This document shows positions 34,901-41,073 of a DNA stretch of 45,157 nucleotides, one piece after another; position 1 is the stretch's first letter; every line of letters begins with the position of its first letter. The stretch is from an uncultured Candidatus Micrarchaeota archaeon. Its GTDB lineage: Archaea > Micrarchaeota > Micrarchaeia > Norongarragalinales > Norongarragalinaceae. The translations under genes were made by a program, and so were the position numbers. Below the pieces are notes generated by a model. The model ran no database searches, was not told the DNA's origin, and worked only from the letters and a program-made list of their open reading frames with translations. Location of the stretch: positions 1 through 45,157 of the forward strand of contig CAITNU010000060.1 in NCBI GenBank assembly GCA_903893865.1. Direction: 5' to 3'.

Positions 34901-36719
34901 CACCGTTTTCGACGAGTTTCTCGGCATTGTTTTCGAGCGCGACTTCGGAAACGCTTAAATCTGTCCAGTCGAGAGTTTGGGACGCTTGAGCTGTTTCCGT
35001 TTCAACGCTTTCCGCTCCAGCAAATTGCACTATTTGCGCAGCCGCAACAGCGCCAACTCCTTCAGTGCTGTTTGCTTCAACAGTTGCTTCAGCCGCGCTG
35101 GCAGGCGTTTCAGGCGTGGTGTTTGCAATCGCTTCAGTAGCGGTCGCAAGCGCAGGCGCTTCGGGTGCAACGGCATATGCTGGAACCGCGTAATCCGCGT
35201 TAGCCAGCGTCGCGTTTTGCGCTTCGGGCGGCAACGCCACGACGAAATCGCGCGCGCGTTCTCTCAAAACGATTTTCTTCGTCCACTTGACTGGCTTGCC
35301 AACAGCCGCGTTGGCTTGCTCGGTTGTTTCTGAAGCGACTTCGACGTTCGCGTTGTATTCAGGCGTAGGCAAAGGCGAGAGCGAAGGAGTCGCGGTAGGC
35401 TCCGAAGCGTTGACACGAATAGAGCGCGACTCGTTAGCGCAATCAGCGCCCGGCAAGCTGCCGTAAAAAGCGACGACGTTGATGTCGTAAACACCTTCTG
35501 CAGCATAAGAGTGGTTTCCAGTAGATTCAGTCGTCCACGCCCACGGCGGCTCGGAATCAGAAAGCGTCAGTTCACTCGAGTTCGAGCCGTCACCCCAAAA
35601 AACGATGACGTGGTAATTCTTTTGATTTTGGTCGAGGAATGGTTCGAGAACTCCGTAAACGGATAATTCGTCGCCTACGACTACCTCGCTTTCGTCTTGC
35701 TGGCTAAAAACGCTTAATCCAGTAACGTTTAATCCGGTTTTCTTGCAGCCGAACTCGTTTGGCGCGATCGGCGAAGGCACCGCTTCAGGCGAAGGTGAAG
35801 ACGAAGTTTCCGGCGAAGCTTCGAGTGAAACGCTTGGCTCGGGCGTTGGTTCGAGAGTGACGACTTCAAACGACGGTTGCGGGCACGCGGCGGGCGTAGG
35901 ACAAGCGTTAGACGATGGAGTCGGCGTGGCGTTTGCTTGACTAATCGAGAAAACGACGCGCGTTGCGCCGTAGTAATCGTTTTTGCTTGCTTCAACGAGA
36001 GCTTCGTAATCTCCTTGCGTTGAAGCGTAAAAGCGTTGCTCGAAAACGCCTTCATCGCTCCCCGCTGTTGAGTAAAAACCGTTTTCGGAACCCGTAATCG
36101 TGATGTTGACTTCGGCGAACGGAACGCTTTGTTGAGCGAATGAAACGCTTCCGGCGACAGCGTATTCTCCCGGCGTTTCTTCAGGCTTCGTCAGCGCTGC
36201 ATCGACGACGAGATTTCCTTCATGGTAATAGAACGCTTTTTGCGTCGAACCAGTCTTGTTTTCTGCGTTCGCAGTAACGCTCAGCAAATAAACTCCGGCT
36301 GGCGCTTCGCTTGGCAGCGTCACGCTTGAATCAAGCGCGCTTCCAGCAGTTAAAGTAAAATTGTATTCGTACTGTGCGCCGCGCATTTCGATGAAATAAG
36401 CGATTTCGCTCGACTCGTTCTCGAGTCCCGAGACGCGCGCTGAAAAACTAACGGGCTCGCCCATGAATTCATGGTATTCGACCGAAAGCGTTACGCCCAG
36501 CGCGCCAGGCGGGTTTTCGAAGAATAAGGCGCCGCCGCCCTGCTGCCCGCCGCTAAGCGGCGAAAGCAAGTCAGGGCGGCGCGCGAGCGCGGCGTGAGGC
36601 GCGAGAGCAAAAAATTCGCAAGCCGAAAAGCCGACTGCGAACAGCAAGGCTATTGCTAGCATCGCTTTCGCTGTCTTCCGTTCGGGTTTGAGCGCTTTCA
36701 AGCGCGTTACTGCTCCCAC
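25914..36719 (-). CDS. giant (3601 aa) secreted mosaic surface protein / putative adhesin
   Basis: Uninterrupted 10.8-kb ORF with a GTG start. N-terminal signal (KTAKAMLAIALLFAVGFSAC). Domains recognised by eye:
- PKD-like domain (VFWGDGS...GNHSYAAEGVYDINVVAF)
- Acidic Ala/Glu/Thr low-complexity region
- Three tail-collar-like units, each with two HxH motifs
- At least 10 copies of a ~100-aa Ig-like repeat
- Two LamG/ConA-like modules (WNRSL[VI]GYW.F.EGSG... [IL]DE[VI]R[IV]WNR[ST]LSEQEINAS)
- DUF2341 (DLRFYNGSENTQLDYWLE...WVEV...YMYYGN) plus a ConA-like jelly roll ending IDWTFIRKFVSPEP
- F5/8-type-C (discoidin)-like domain (TIDNDTSTRWGHS..QHWIAYEY)
- Cys-containing C-terminal domain
There is no C-terminal TM segment. 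N-x-S/T sequon density is extremely high. Confidence 0.95.
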   Translation of the reverse strand: MGAVTRLKALKPERKTAKAMLAIALLFAVGFSACEFFALAPHAALARRPDLLSPLSGGQQGGGALFFENPPGALGVTLSVEYHEFMGEPVSFSARVSGLENESSEIAYFIEMRGAQYEYNFTLTAGSALDSSVTLPSEAPAGVYLLSVTANAENKTGSTQKAFYYHEGNLVVDAALTKPEETPGEYAVAGSVSFAQQSVPFAEVNITITGSENGFYSTAGSDEGVFEQRFYASTQGDYEALVEASKNDYYGATRVVFSISQANATPTPSSNACPTPAACPQPSFEVVTLEPTPEPSVSLEASPETSSSPSPEAVPSPIAPNEFGCKKTGLNVTGLSVFSQQDESEVVVGDELSVYGVLEPFLDQNQKNYHVIVFWGDGSNSSELTLSDSEPPWAWTTESTGNHSYAAEGVYDINVVAFYGSLPGADCANESRSIRVNASEPTATPSLSPLPTPEYNANVEVASETTEQANAAVGKPVKWTKKIVLRERARDFVVALPPEAQNATLANADYAVPAYAVAPEAPALATATEAIANTTPETPASAAEATVEANSTEGVGAVAAAQIVQFAGAESVETETAQASQTLDWTDLSVSEVALENNAEKLVENGAENGAENATETGVKSAVRGAKGLRVRGGRGDFSELEVEYYTGAPQASEEQTGFGSKRVVVTAPMHYENVSVYASLPVEVNNLDDIELSWVLSASQNLSGLNLTDDELREISENGFLVKKLVFKATNGDSNGFVHEISWVIPELTDNQSFGINITILNVHSHPQLYGNWTVNFETNGAADLTITATRDLNYTENYTRWSDSSENETLYDLRFLEIRCGDRLVPYEWRGANCAENECSVVVPNYSCNETASENSKVLKARRHVLRFDFGGQSVFAYNDASNAHMILLFNNTLANVPSGWTCISCYATDPFYRKFIVPDATYGGSGGSDYHAHNYQAFLGTASAGTLSTVTTNTGAPATHAHKVMYTANTTASNFPPYYDFLVIRCNTSGLPATLPSGVIAFFNTTSLPANWTRFSAADGYYIRGNATAQVTGGSWTHTHTWNISWTTTSNATGLTSTTTASVANGVHTHEANTSASRTTTAIEAVPVTSKIIIAYLNDTRPVPNGMYALWNATPPVEWTSRSASSADDFYQKFLYATSAYGTLITTSNASHTHTALTDKTAASATAGVNYKASGATTNYSSATHYHAIYWTGINTTDMTPSYYSAIFASYANTAPNVSLSAPSNGTTSASANVNFTFTPIDNSGFKNCTTLLFYSNGTSLNQTNWNGTSSIANNTVNGINYTFAAEGIYLCNVECWDNGDVSLSNRSNVNYTVTVDTTAPASIVYVTPSPLNGSIQNYNYSYINVTFTEASPSACLLNYVYPNSTNVNLTMTLVVGTGGARYCYFNVTDQPAGYANFTVYVNDSQGRWGSNLSQYGFTIDKTAPSSIAYVTPTPLNGSFRNYAYAYINVTFTEANPSDSCIISYVYPNSTNVNLTAKASGTNCYFNVTTQGNGYANFTVYVNDTPGNLGSNLSQYGFTIDTTKPASIVYVTPSPANASFRNYNYSYVNVTFTEANPDSCLLNYVYSNSSSVNLTMTKVTGSSPYCYFNVSDQPAGYANFTVYVNDSAGNWGSNLSQYGFTIDKTAPASIVYVTPSPANASFRNYNYSYINATFTETNPDSCLLNYVYPNSTNVNLTMTKAAGAAAYCYFNVTTQGDGQANFTVYVNDTAGNWGSNVSTYKFYIDRTAPASIVYVSPTPSNNSLQNYNYSYVNASFTETNPDTCLLNYRYANSTNVNLTMTKAAGAAAYCYFNVTTQGDGQPNFTVYVNDSAGNWGSNVSTYSFRIDVTKPASIAYVSPSPSNNSYQSYAYAYINTTFTETNPDSCLLNYVYPNSTNVNLTMTKAAGAAAYCYKNVTTQGDGQPNFTVYVNDTAGNWGSNVTTYKFYVDTTAPASIAYVSPTPSNNSYQNYNYSYVNATFTESNPDSCLLNYVYPNSTNVNLTMTKAAGTGTYCYFNVTTQGDGQANFTVYVNDSAGNWGSNLSTYKFYIDMTKPVPAFVGPTPPDSNLTKNKYAYVNVSVTDLNPGAAFIDWNRSLVGYWAFSEGSGTTAFDNSSYGNNGALTNGPTYNSSGKFGYGLSFDNNDDFVNCLNASSLSITGNLTLEAWVYPADSGRGLVVGKVNGAGGDVEAYRIEIGSDGKPAMAVIEKNSPSYTRCDATSPTVLTANTWTHLVGVFNAGTGNVSIWVNGNLMNWTNYSDSVAGEVCNSIQSISDNVTIGRYEGAYSVTAFSGVIDEVRIWNRTLSEQEINASYNNGLYRLENNFTGLSDGNYSYYGFAVDAAGNQNKTETRAITIDTTAPTVSLGTNPVDNYNSSSSTVVFDSKCSDNVGLSTLQIWANDTGTWQVKATNSSRKKPINVSVSSGYTGTNYQVKLNVTYDSDMKSDFSDLRFYNGSENTQLDYWLENKSDGNWAIVWVEVDQNITTTNYTFYMYYGNAGASSASNITNTGVDGSTTWDDSTGWSLTLGSVSGGILTLDPNGTSAASAARTTTLGYDYALRSSVNWYNEGGSYLEQGFGWWNKGAGEVLYNSPTTGDYGATVIRYYGSPYNYYIRAFTNGANSQTQVTAFAGAYHVIEVRRNSTTVSHTLDDGSESVVTSNVPTGSYNLHHWYQKAGTGTQKIDWTFIRKFVSPEPTSGFGSEQSSGGLLNDTWWNASISGLTQATFIWGARCDDSAGNVAWSNNRTLTIISPPSSIAYVSPTPANNSWRNYNYSYVNATFTASNPDTCLLNYVYPNSTNVNLTMTKAAGVAAYCYFNVTTQGDGQANFTVYVNDSAGNWGSNLSQYGFTIDVTPPSNIVYVGPTPVNNSNLTQDYFYVNVTFTESNPDSCLLEINDSNYSATRVGTNCYYNATLTDSGDYVYRMWVNDSAGNWGVSEQQALTFTSLWNWVTPHAVYDKCGEEGDSPATNTIDNDTSTRWGHSAEEQHWIAYEYCTLYTHSKLQIYTAPDKDSNVCAVSEIYVSNDPANWGDSLGSCELIGSGLAWYNCSFTAATGKYLKILFDTRSGGGDCGDYGFKEFDEFQSFSKLADVTPPTPAFVDPTPPNNNLTNYDYAYVNVSVTDANPGGAFVDWNRSLIGYWSFEEGSGATAYDNSTWGNNGTLYPEGSENWTCAGRFGCGAQFDGNDDEIQVPNSDSLNSISSALSIDFWVKYPYRGSYGDEDLVYRAGDWDVRLNSERKIYFQVPDLPSQDVTGATALSNDTWYHVAAVFNSTYLSIYLNGVSDVSKETSGAISDSGDYMYFGKGDNWFTGALDEIRVWNRSLSEQEINASFNNSAYRLENNFTSLSDGVYDYYGFAVDQSGNQNKTETRNITIDKTAPASIIYVNPTPLNGSTQDYNYSYINVTFTETNPDTCLLNYVYPNSTNVNLTMTRSGTNCYFNVTSQPDGEANFTVYVNDTVGHWGSNLTYYYFTISHVEIIDMTINCSALNLGTGFTPGTANGTRSDTQQCQVTISSNTNVAVDLSLNGSDLSGAGGVLKVANITVSNNSGAVGSCLTELSPFFKSGACQIGTLVNYTNWVNIPKPVSAVYRDVFFFVNVPQNQLKKTYTGTIYVKAVKH
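30612..32756 (-). repeat. seven tandem in-frame ~300-312-bp coding repeats (residues 1322-2036 of the giant protein)
   Basis: Unit consensus: T[AK]PASI[VA]YV[ST]P[ST]P.N.S..NY.Y[SA]Y[IV]N.[TS]FTE.NPDSCLLNYVYPNSTNVNLTMTKAAG...YCYFNVT.QGDGQ.NFTVYVND[ST]AGNWGSN[LV]S.Y.F.ID. Units share identical nucleotide strings longer than 30 nt (e.g. TTTCGTCATCGTCAAGTTAACGTTCGTTGAATTCG at ~31367 and ~31667). More diverged copies lie at 28212..28523, 27930..28211 and 26346..26645. Confidence 0.9.
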
Positions 36720-36802
36720 TAAGTCAACCCGTCCAAGCAGTGGCTAAAACGAGTTTTTTAACCCACACGCTTACTGCAGTGCCCGCAATTACTCAACAAA
36801 AC

Positions 36803-36810
36803 TATTTAAA
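36803..36810 (+). promoter_or_regulatory. TATA box TATTTAAA for the methyltransferase gene (leaderless GTG start)
   Basis: It ends 25 nt upstream of GTG 36835, with no Shine-Dalgarno in between. Confidence 0.45.
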
Positions 36811-36834
36811 CGCCTCGCCCGCTAAAAGCAAGAC

Positions 36835-38076
36835 GTGAAAAACGCAAACGCTGACGCAGCCGCCGAACAAAAAATTTTTTTCGAGGAAGACTACTCGCTG
36901 GAACGCAGCTTCACTTTCCAAGATTCGAAGGCAAAAGCGTTTTACAACTGGTTTTACTACAAGGAAGCGTTCGCGCCGGAATTCGTTGATTACGCGCTGC
37001 GGCGCTTCGCGGTCAAGCCGAACGCGCGCGTTCTCGACCCGTTTTGCGGAGTCGGAACAACGCTGCTCGCTGCAAAAGAAAACGGTTTCGCGAGCTCTGG
37101 CGTTGACGCGAGCCCGTTGTGCGTGCTCGCGAGCCGCGTCAAAACGCGCGATTACGGTGATGCCCTAAAAGAATCAGTATCGGCGGCGTTCAAACGCGTC
37201 TGCAAAGCGAAATTCGAATTCCCGAAGGAAGAATGGCGTTTCGAATTGTTCGACCCGCGCCGTGCGCTGCCGCGAGGCAGTTACGACGAGGCGCTGCACT
37301 TGCGGAAACAAGTTCGGGAAACTGAACCAAAAGAAGCACGCGAATTCCTCGCGCTCGCACTCGCGGCCGCGCTTCCCGAAGCGGCGCTAGTCGTCAAGGA
37401 CGGCGGCGTCCTAAAAATCGCGAGGCACAAAAAACATATTCCGTCGTTGCGGCAGGCGTTCGAGCGCCGCGCCAAGCGAATGCTGCGCGACCTCGCCACG
37501 CCGGTAACGGGACCAACACCCGAAGTCGTCGCGGGTGACGCCCGCCAGTTGCCTTTTGAGGACGATGCGTTCGATTGCGTTATAACTTCACCACCTTACT
37601 TGAACGGCGTCGATTACTCGAAAATCTACGGACTCGAACTAAGCCTGCTTTTCGGCGAAAACGCGGCGCTGGAATACCGCCGCAGCGCGCTGCGTTCGTT
37701 CATTGAACGCGACGCGCGCACTGCGCGGGAAAGCGAGGACGCGAAAATCGCGGAGCGCTGCTTGCGGAAAAGCGAAAGCGAGCTTGCGGCAGGCGTTCCT
37801 GATATTGCTTTGGCGTACTTGACTGACATGACGCGCGCTTTCCGCGAGACGAAACGCGTTCTGCGCGGCGGAGGCAAAGCCGCTTTCGTCGTGGGCAACG
37901 CCGTGCTGTCGGGCGCTTACGTCGCAGTCGACGAAGTCTTCGCGCTCATCGCACTCGAACTTGGTTTTGGCAAAGCCAAAATCGTTGTGGGTTCCGAGCG
38001 CGTGGCCGATGTGAGCACCGAGCGCGGCGCGGAACGCCGCAGAGTGCGCGAGAGCGCGGTAATGCTCGAGAAATAA
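36835..38076 (+). CDS. SAM-dependent N6-adenine/N4-cytosine-type methyltransferase (SPPY motif), no adjacent restriction gene
   Basis: Motif I VLDPFCGVGTTLLAA at about residue 66, preceded by a motif-X-like helix. Motif IV VITSPPYLNGVDY at about residue 250. About 180 aa separate the two motifs (candidate target-recognition region). Neighbours are the giant surface gene (divergent) and ftsZ (convergent). Confidence 0.8.
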   Translation: MKNANADAAAEQKIFFEEDYSLERSFTFQDSKAKAFYNWFYYKEAFAPEFVDYALRRFAVKPNARVLDPFCGVGTTLLAAKENGFASSGVDASPLCVLASRVKTRDYGDALKESVSAAFKRVCKAKFEFPKEEWRFELFDPRRALPRGSYDEALHLRKQVRETEPKEAREFLALALAAALPEAALVVKDGGVLKIARHKKHIPSLRQAFERRAKRMLRDLATPVTGPTPEVVAGDARQLPFEDDAFDCVITSPPYLNGVDYSKIYGLELSLLFGENAALEYRRSALRSFIERDARTARESEDAKIAERCLRKSESELAAGVPDIALAYLTDMTRAFRETKRVLRGGGKAAFVVGNAVLSGAYVAVDEVFALIALELGFGKAKIVVGSERVADVSTERGAERRRVRESAVMLEK

Positions 38077-38162
38077 TTTTTTAAGAAATATGAAAAGAAA
38101 TAGAAAAATAAAATAAAGAAAAAATAAGGGAAAGGGGTAATGCCCCCCGAATTGTTAGTTAC

Positions 38163-39254
38163 TTAAAAGCTCATGCTGCCGATGCCTTTCCACGCCTCGC
38201 TTTGCGCGGTTGCGACGGCGCCCTTCACGCGCGACTCGTGCCCGAGCACTTGCGGCGAATTCACGCCCGTAACGATGCTCGTGACGATGATTTTGTCGCC
38301 GAGTTCGGGGTTGATGCGCGCGCCCCACTTGACGTAAGCATGCGGGTCGAACGAATCAGTTATTCCTTCCCCGATCTTGACTGCTTCGCCTAGCGTTAGG
38401 CTTGGCCCGCCGTTGATGAGCACCAACGCGCCTTTAGCGCCGGCGTAATCAACGTCGAGCAGCGGGTGTTCGAGAGTCGTATCAATCGCGCTCTGCACTT
38501 TGTTCGTGCCGCTTCCCTCGCCGATGCTTATCATCGCGATTCCCGCGCGCTCCATTATCATTCGCAAATCAGCGAAATCGATGTTCATCAAGCTCGGCAG
38601 CATCACGGTGTCTGCGATTCCTTTTACGCTGCGCGCGACGAGAGTGTCCGCGACCGCGAACGCCTGGTTCATTGGCAGGTTCGGAACGTACGAGACGAGG
38701 CGGTTGTTGTCGATTATTACGACTGTGTCGCACGACTCGCGCAACGCGTCGAGTCCCCAATCCGCTTTTTCTAGGCGGGCGCGCTCGAGCGCGAACGGGA
38801 ACGTTACCATGGCGACGACTATCGCGCCGTTCTTTTTCGCGACGTCGGCGATTACGGGCGCGGCGCCGGTGCCTGTTCCGCCTCCCATTCCAGCCGTAAT
38901 GAAAACGAGTTCGGAATCCTTCAAGAGTTCTGCGAACTTGTCGCGCGCCTGTTCAGCGGCTTTCATCCCGATTTCCGGGAATCCGCCTGCGCCCAAGCCT
39001 TTAGTCAGTTGCGCGCCGATGAGCAGTTTCTTGCCTGCTTCGCAAACTTGCAAGTGTTTTTGGTCCGTGTTTACAGCGATTGTTTCCGCGCTCGCTAGGC
39101 CCATCTTGTGCAAGCGCGTGACGGTATTCGTGCCTCCGCCTCCGACGCCTACGACGGTTATCTTCACTTTCGAGGGCGTAAAGTTTTTGCCGACTACTTC
39201 CGGCAAGCTGTTAGTGCCCCCGTACTTGAGGGCGTCCGAAACCAACGAATTCAC
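38163..39254 (-). CDS. ftsZ: cell division GTPase FtsZ (paralogue b)
   Basis: Tubulin/FtsZ signature GGGTGTGAAPVIA, N-terminal GVGGGGTNTV, and T7-loop region DNNRLVSYVPNLPMNQAF. GTG start with AGGAGG upstream. Confidence 0.95.
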   Translation of the reverse strand: MNSLVSDALKYGGTNSLPEVVGKNFTPSKVKITVVGVGGGGTNTVTRLHKMGLASAETIAVNTDQKHLQVCEAGKKLLIGAQLTKGLGAGGFPEIGMKAAEQARDKFAELLKDSELVFITAGMGGGTGTGAAPVIADVAKKNGAIVVAMVTFPFALERARLEKADWGLDALRESCDTVVIIDNNRLVSYVPNLPMNQAFAVADTLVARSVKGIADTVMLPSLMNIDFADLRMIMERAGIAMISIGEGSGTNKVQSAIDTTLEHPLLDVDYAGAKGALVLINGGPSLTLGEAVKIGEGITDSFDPHAYVKWGARINPELGDKIIVTSIVTGVNSPQVLGHESRVKGAVATAQSEAWKGIGSMSF

Positions 39255-39314
39255 TTTCTTTTTCGCCTCCTGTCAAAACCTTTTTTTACTCGAATTTTTT
39301 TAGTGGGGTGTTCC

Positions 39315-39359
39315 GAATCCAACCGCGAGAAACCAAAAGCGGTTTTCACTCAAATCCAA
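39315..39359. repeat. 45-nt hairpin-containing element, copy A
   Basis: GAATCCAACCGCGAGAAACCAAAAGCGGTTTTCACTCAAATCCAA. Stem AACCGC/GCGGTT with a 12-nt loop. Copy B matches it at 40 of 45 positions. Lies 61-105 nt upstream of the ftsZ-b start. Confidence 0.7.
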
Positions 39360-39548
39360 TCAAACCCTGCATTTTTTGTTTTTCGAAGCGAGGCACGGTG
39401 CCGCGGCGGCGAATCCGTCATTTTTTCGTCTAAATCCTTAAATCCTTATCAAAAAATATTTTTTCCTTTCGCCTTTCGCCAGTGCGGACTCCTTCTCGTT
39501 TCGCGAAACGCGTCCAGGTGGGTTTTCGGAAGCGCTCCGCCGTTCCTC

Positions 39549-39593
39549 GAATCCAACCCCGAGAAAGAAAAAGGGGTTTTCACGCAAATCCAA
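39549..39593. repeat. 45-nt hairpin-containing element, copy B
   Basis: GAATCCAACCCCGAGAAAGAAAAAGGGGTTTTCACGCAAATCCAA. Stem AACCCC/GGGGTT. The G-C pair of copy A is replaced here by a C-G pair, a compensatory double change. Lies just beyond the oligo-T tract that follows ftsZ-a. Confidence 0.7.
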
Positions 39594-39620
39594 AACAAAA
39601 AACAAAATAAAAAATAAAAA
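39592..39620 (-). terminator. oligo-T terminator after ftsZ paralogue a
   Basis: The minus strand reads GATTTTTATTTTTTATTTTGTTTTTTGTTTTGG, starting about 12 nt after the stop. Confidence 0.55.
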
Positions 39621-39632
39621 TCAAGGGAAGTT

Positions 39633-40694
39633 TTAAGAAATTATTTCGATGTCGTAACCGGGCTCCTTCACCGCTTTCTTTTCTGCGTACGAGCGGCCCG
39701 TGATGTTCGGGCTCTTCACGCCAGTCACGATTGCGGTAACCTCGATTTTGCCGTCGTAATCGGGAACCAAGCGCGCGCCCCACTTGACGTTCGCCTGCGG
39801 GTCCATCTGCTCCGTAATCATTTCTCCCGCGCGAATCGCGTCGCCGAGCGTCAGGTCCGCGCCGCCAGCAATGTGGATGAGAGCGCCTTTCGCTCCCGCG
39901 AAATCAACGTCGAGCAAGCGGTTCTTCATTACGCCGTCAACCGCGTCGTCAACCTTGTTCGGGCCCTTGCCGCTGCCTACCGCAATCATTCCGACGTCGC
40001 CGTGCCCCATGATTCCACGCACGTCCGCGAAATCGATGTTGACGAGCGAAGGCTGCGTTATAGTGAAAACGAGTCCGCCGATCGCTTTAGCGAGAATCTC
40101 GTCCGCGACGAGGAAAGCCTGGTTCATCGGCAGGTTCGGCACGATTTGAACGAGACGATTGTTGTCGAGGATGATTACGCTGTCCGCGACTTCGCGCAAG
40201 CGCGCGATTCCGTCGTCCGCCTTGTTGACGCGCGCGCGTTCGAGAGCGAACGGGTAAGTCACCATGGCGACGACTATGGCGCCCGCGTCTTTCGCGATTT
40301 GCGCGATGACCGGCGAAGCGCCTGTTCCCGTGCCTCCGCCCATTCCGGCGCACAAGAACACGAGGTGCGAACCACTCAACGCTTTTTCGAGCGCGGGCCT
40401 GTCGACTTCAGCACACTTAGCGCCCACTTCCGGAAAACCGCCTGCGCCCAAGCCCTTCGTGACGCTGCGGCCTATAAGCATTTTCGTTACGCTCTCGTCG
40501 ATCATATTCAAGTGCTGCCTGTCGGCGTTGAGCGCTATGAGTTCAGCGCCTTTCACGCCCAAACGGCACAAACGGTTTATCGTGTTGTTGCCGCCGCCTC
40601 CGACGCCTACTACGCGTATTTTTATTTCCTCCAAGTCGTCGTTCGCCGCAGCTCGTTTTCCGCCGCCGAGCGCGCTCTTCACGATGTCTTCCAT
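39633..40694 (-). CDS. ftsZ: cell division GTPase FtsZ (paralogue a)
   Basis: GGGTGTGASPVIA signature, GVGGGGNNTI, DNNRLVQIVPNLPMNQAF. The ORF track starts at GTG 40700. ATG 40694 follows GAGGCGGTG and is preferred. Confidence 0.95.
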   Translation of the reverse strand: MEDIVKSALGGGKRAAANDDLEEIKIRVVGVGGGGNNTINRLCRLGVKGAELIALNADRQHLNMIDESVTKMLIGRSVTKGLGAGGFPEVGAKCAEVDRPALEKALSGSHLVFLCAGMGGGTGTGASPVIAQIAKDAGAIVVAMVTYPFALERARVNKADDGIARLREVADSVIILDNNRLVQIVPNLPMNQAFLVADEILAKAIGGLVFTITQPSLVNIDFADVRGIMGHGDVGMIAVGSGKGPNKVDDAVDGVMKNRLLDVDFAGAKGALIHIAGGADLTLGDAIRAGEMITEQMDPQANVKWGARLVPDYDGKIEVTAIVTGVKSPNITGRSYAEKKAVKEPGYDIEIIS

Positions 40695-41073
40695 TTGCAC
40701 CGCCTCTTGATTTTTTGTTTTTTAATCGCTCGTTTTTCTTTTTTCAGTAAAAAACGGCGCAATAACCACTCGCAAAGGATTTAAAAGCTTTTCTAATATA
40801 ACGAGATTAGCGGAACGATGGTTCCAGCGAAAAAAAATCGGGAAAAACGAGCAAAATCGGTTGAAATCGAAAAGCATATGTTTAAATATGGGGTTTTCCT
40901 ACCGTTTCCAGCAGCATCCACGCGGCTGAAAAGAGTGGGAAAAAGCAAAAAAAACGAAAAAACGACGTGGCCGCGTTTGAAAAGCAAAAAAAGCAAAGCG
41001 AAAAACGCGAAATCGATTGAAGACGGGGATTGAGAGGGACTGAAAGAAAATTCTTTTAGGGGGGAGTTGCCGT

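Noticed and set aside
40793-41033. Two overlapping small ORFs (67 aa minus, 71 aa plus) in the A-rich spacer upstream of ftsZ-a
   Set aside because: The products are Lys- or Phe-rich homopolymer-like translations of A/T runs. They have no SD or TATA in a sensible position and overlap each other on opposite strands.
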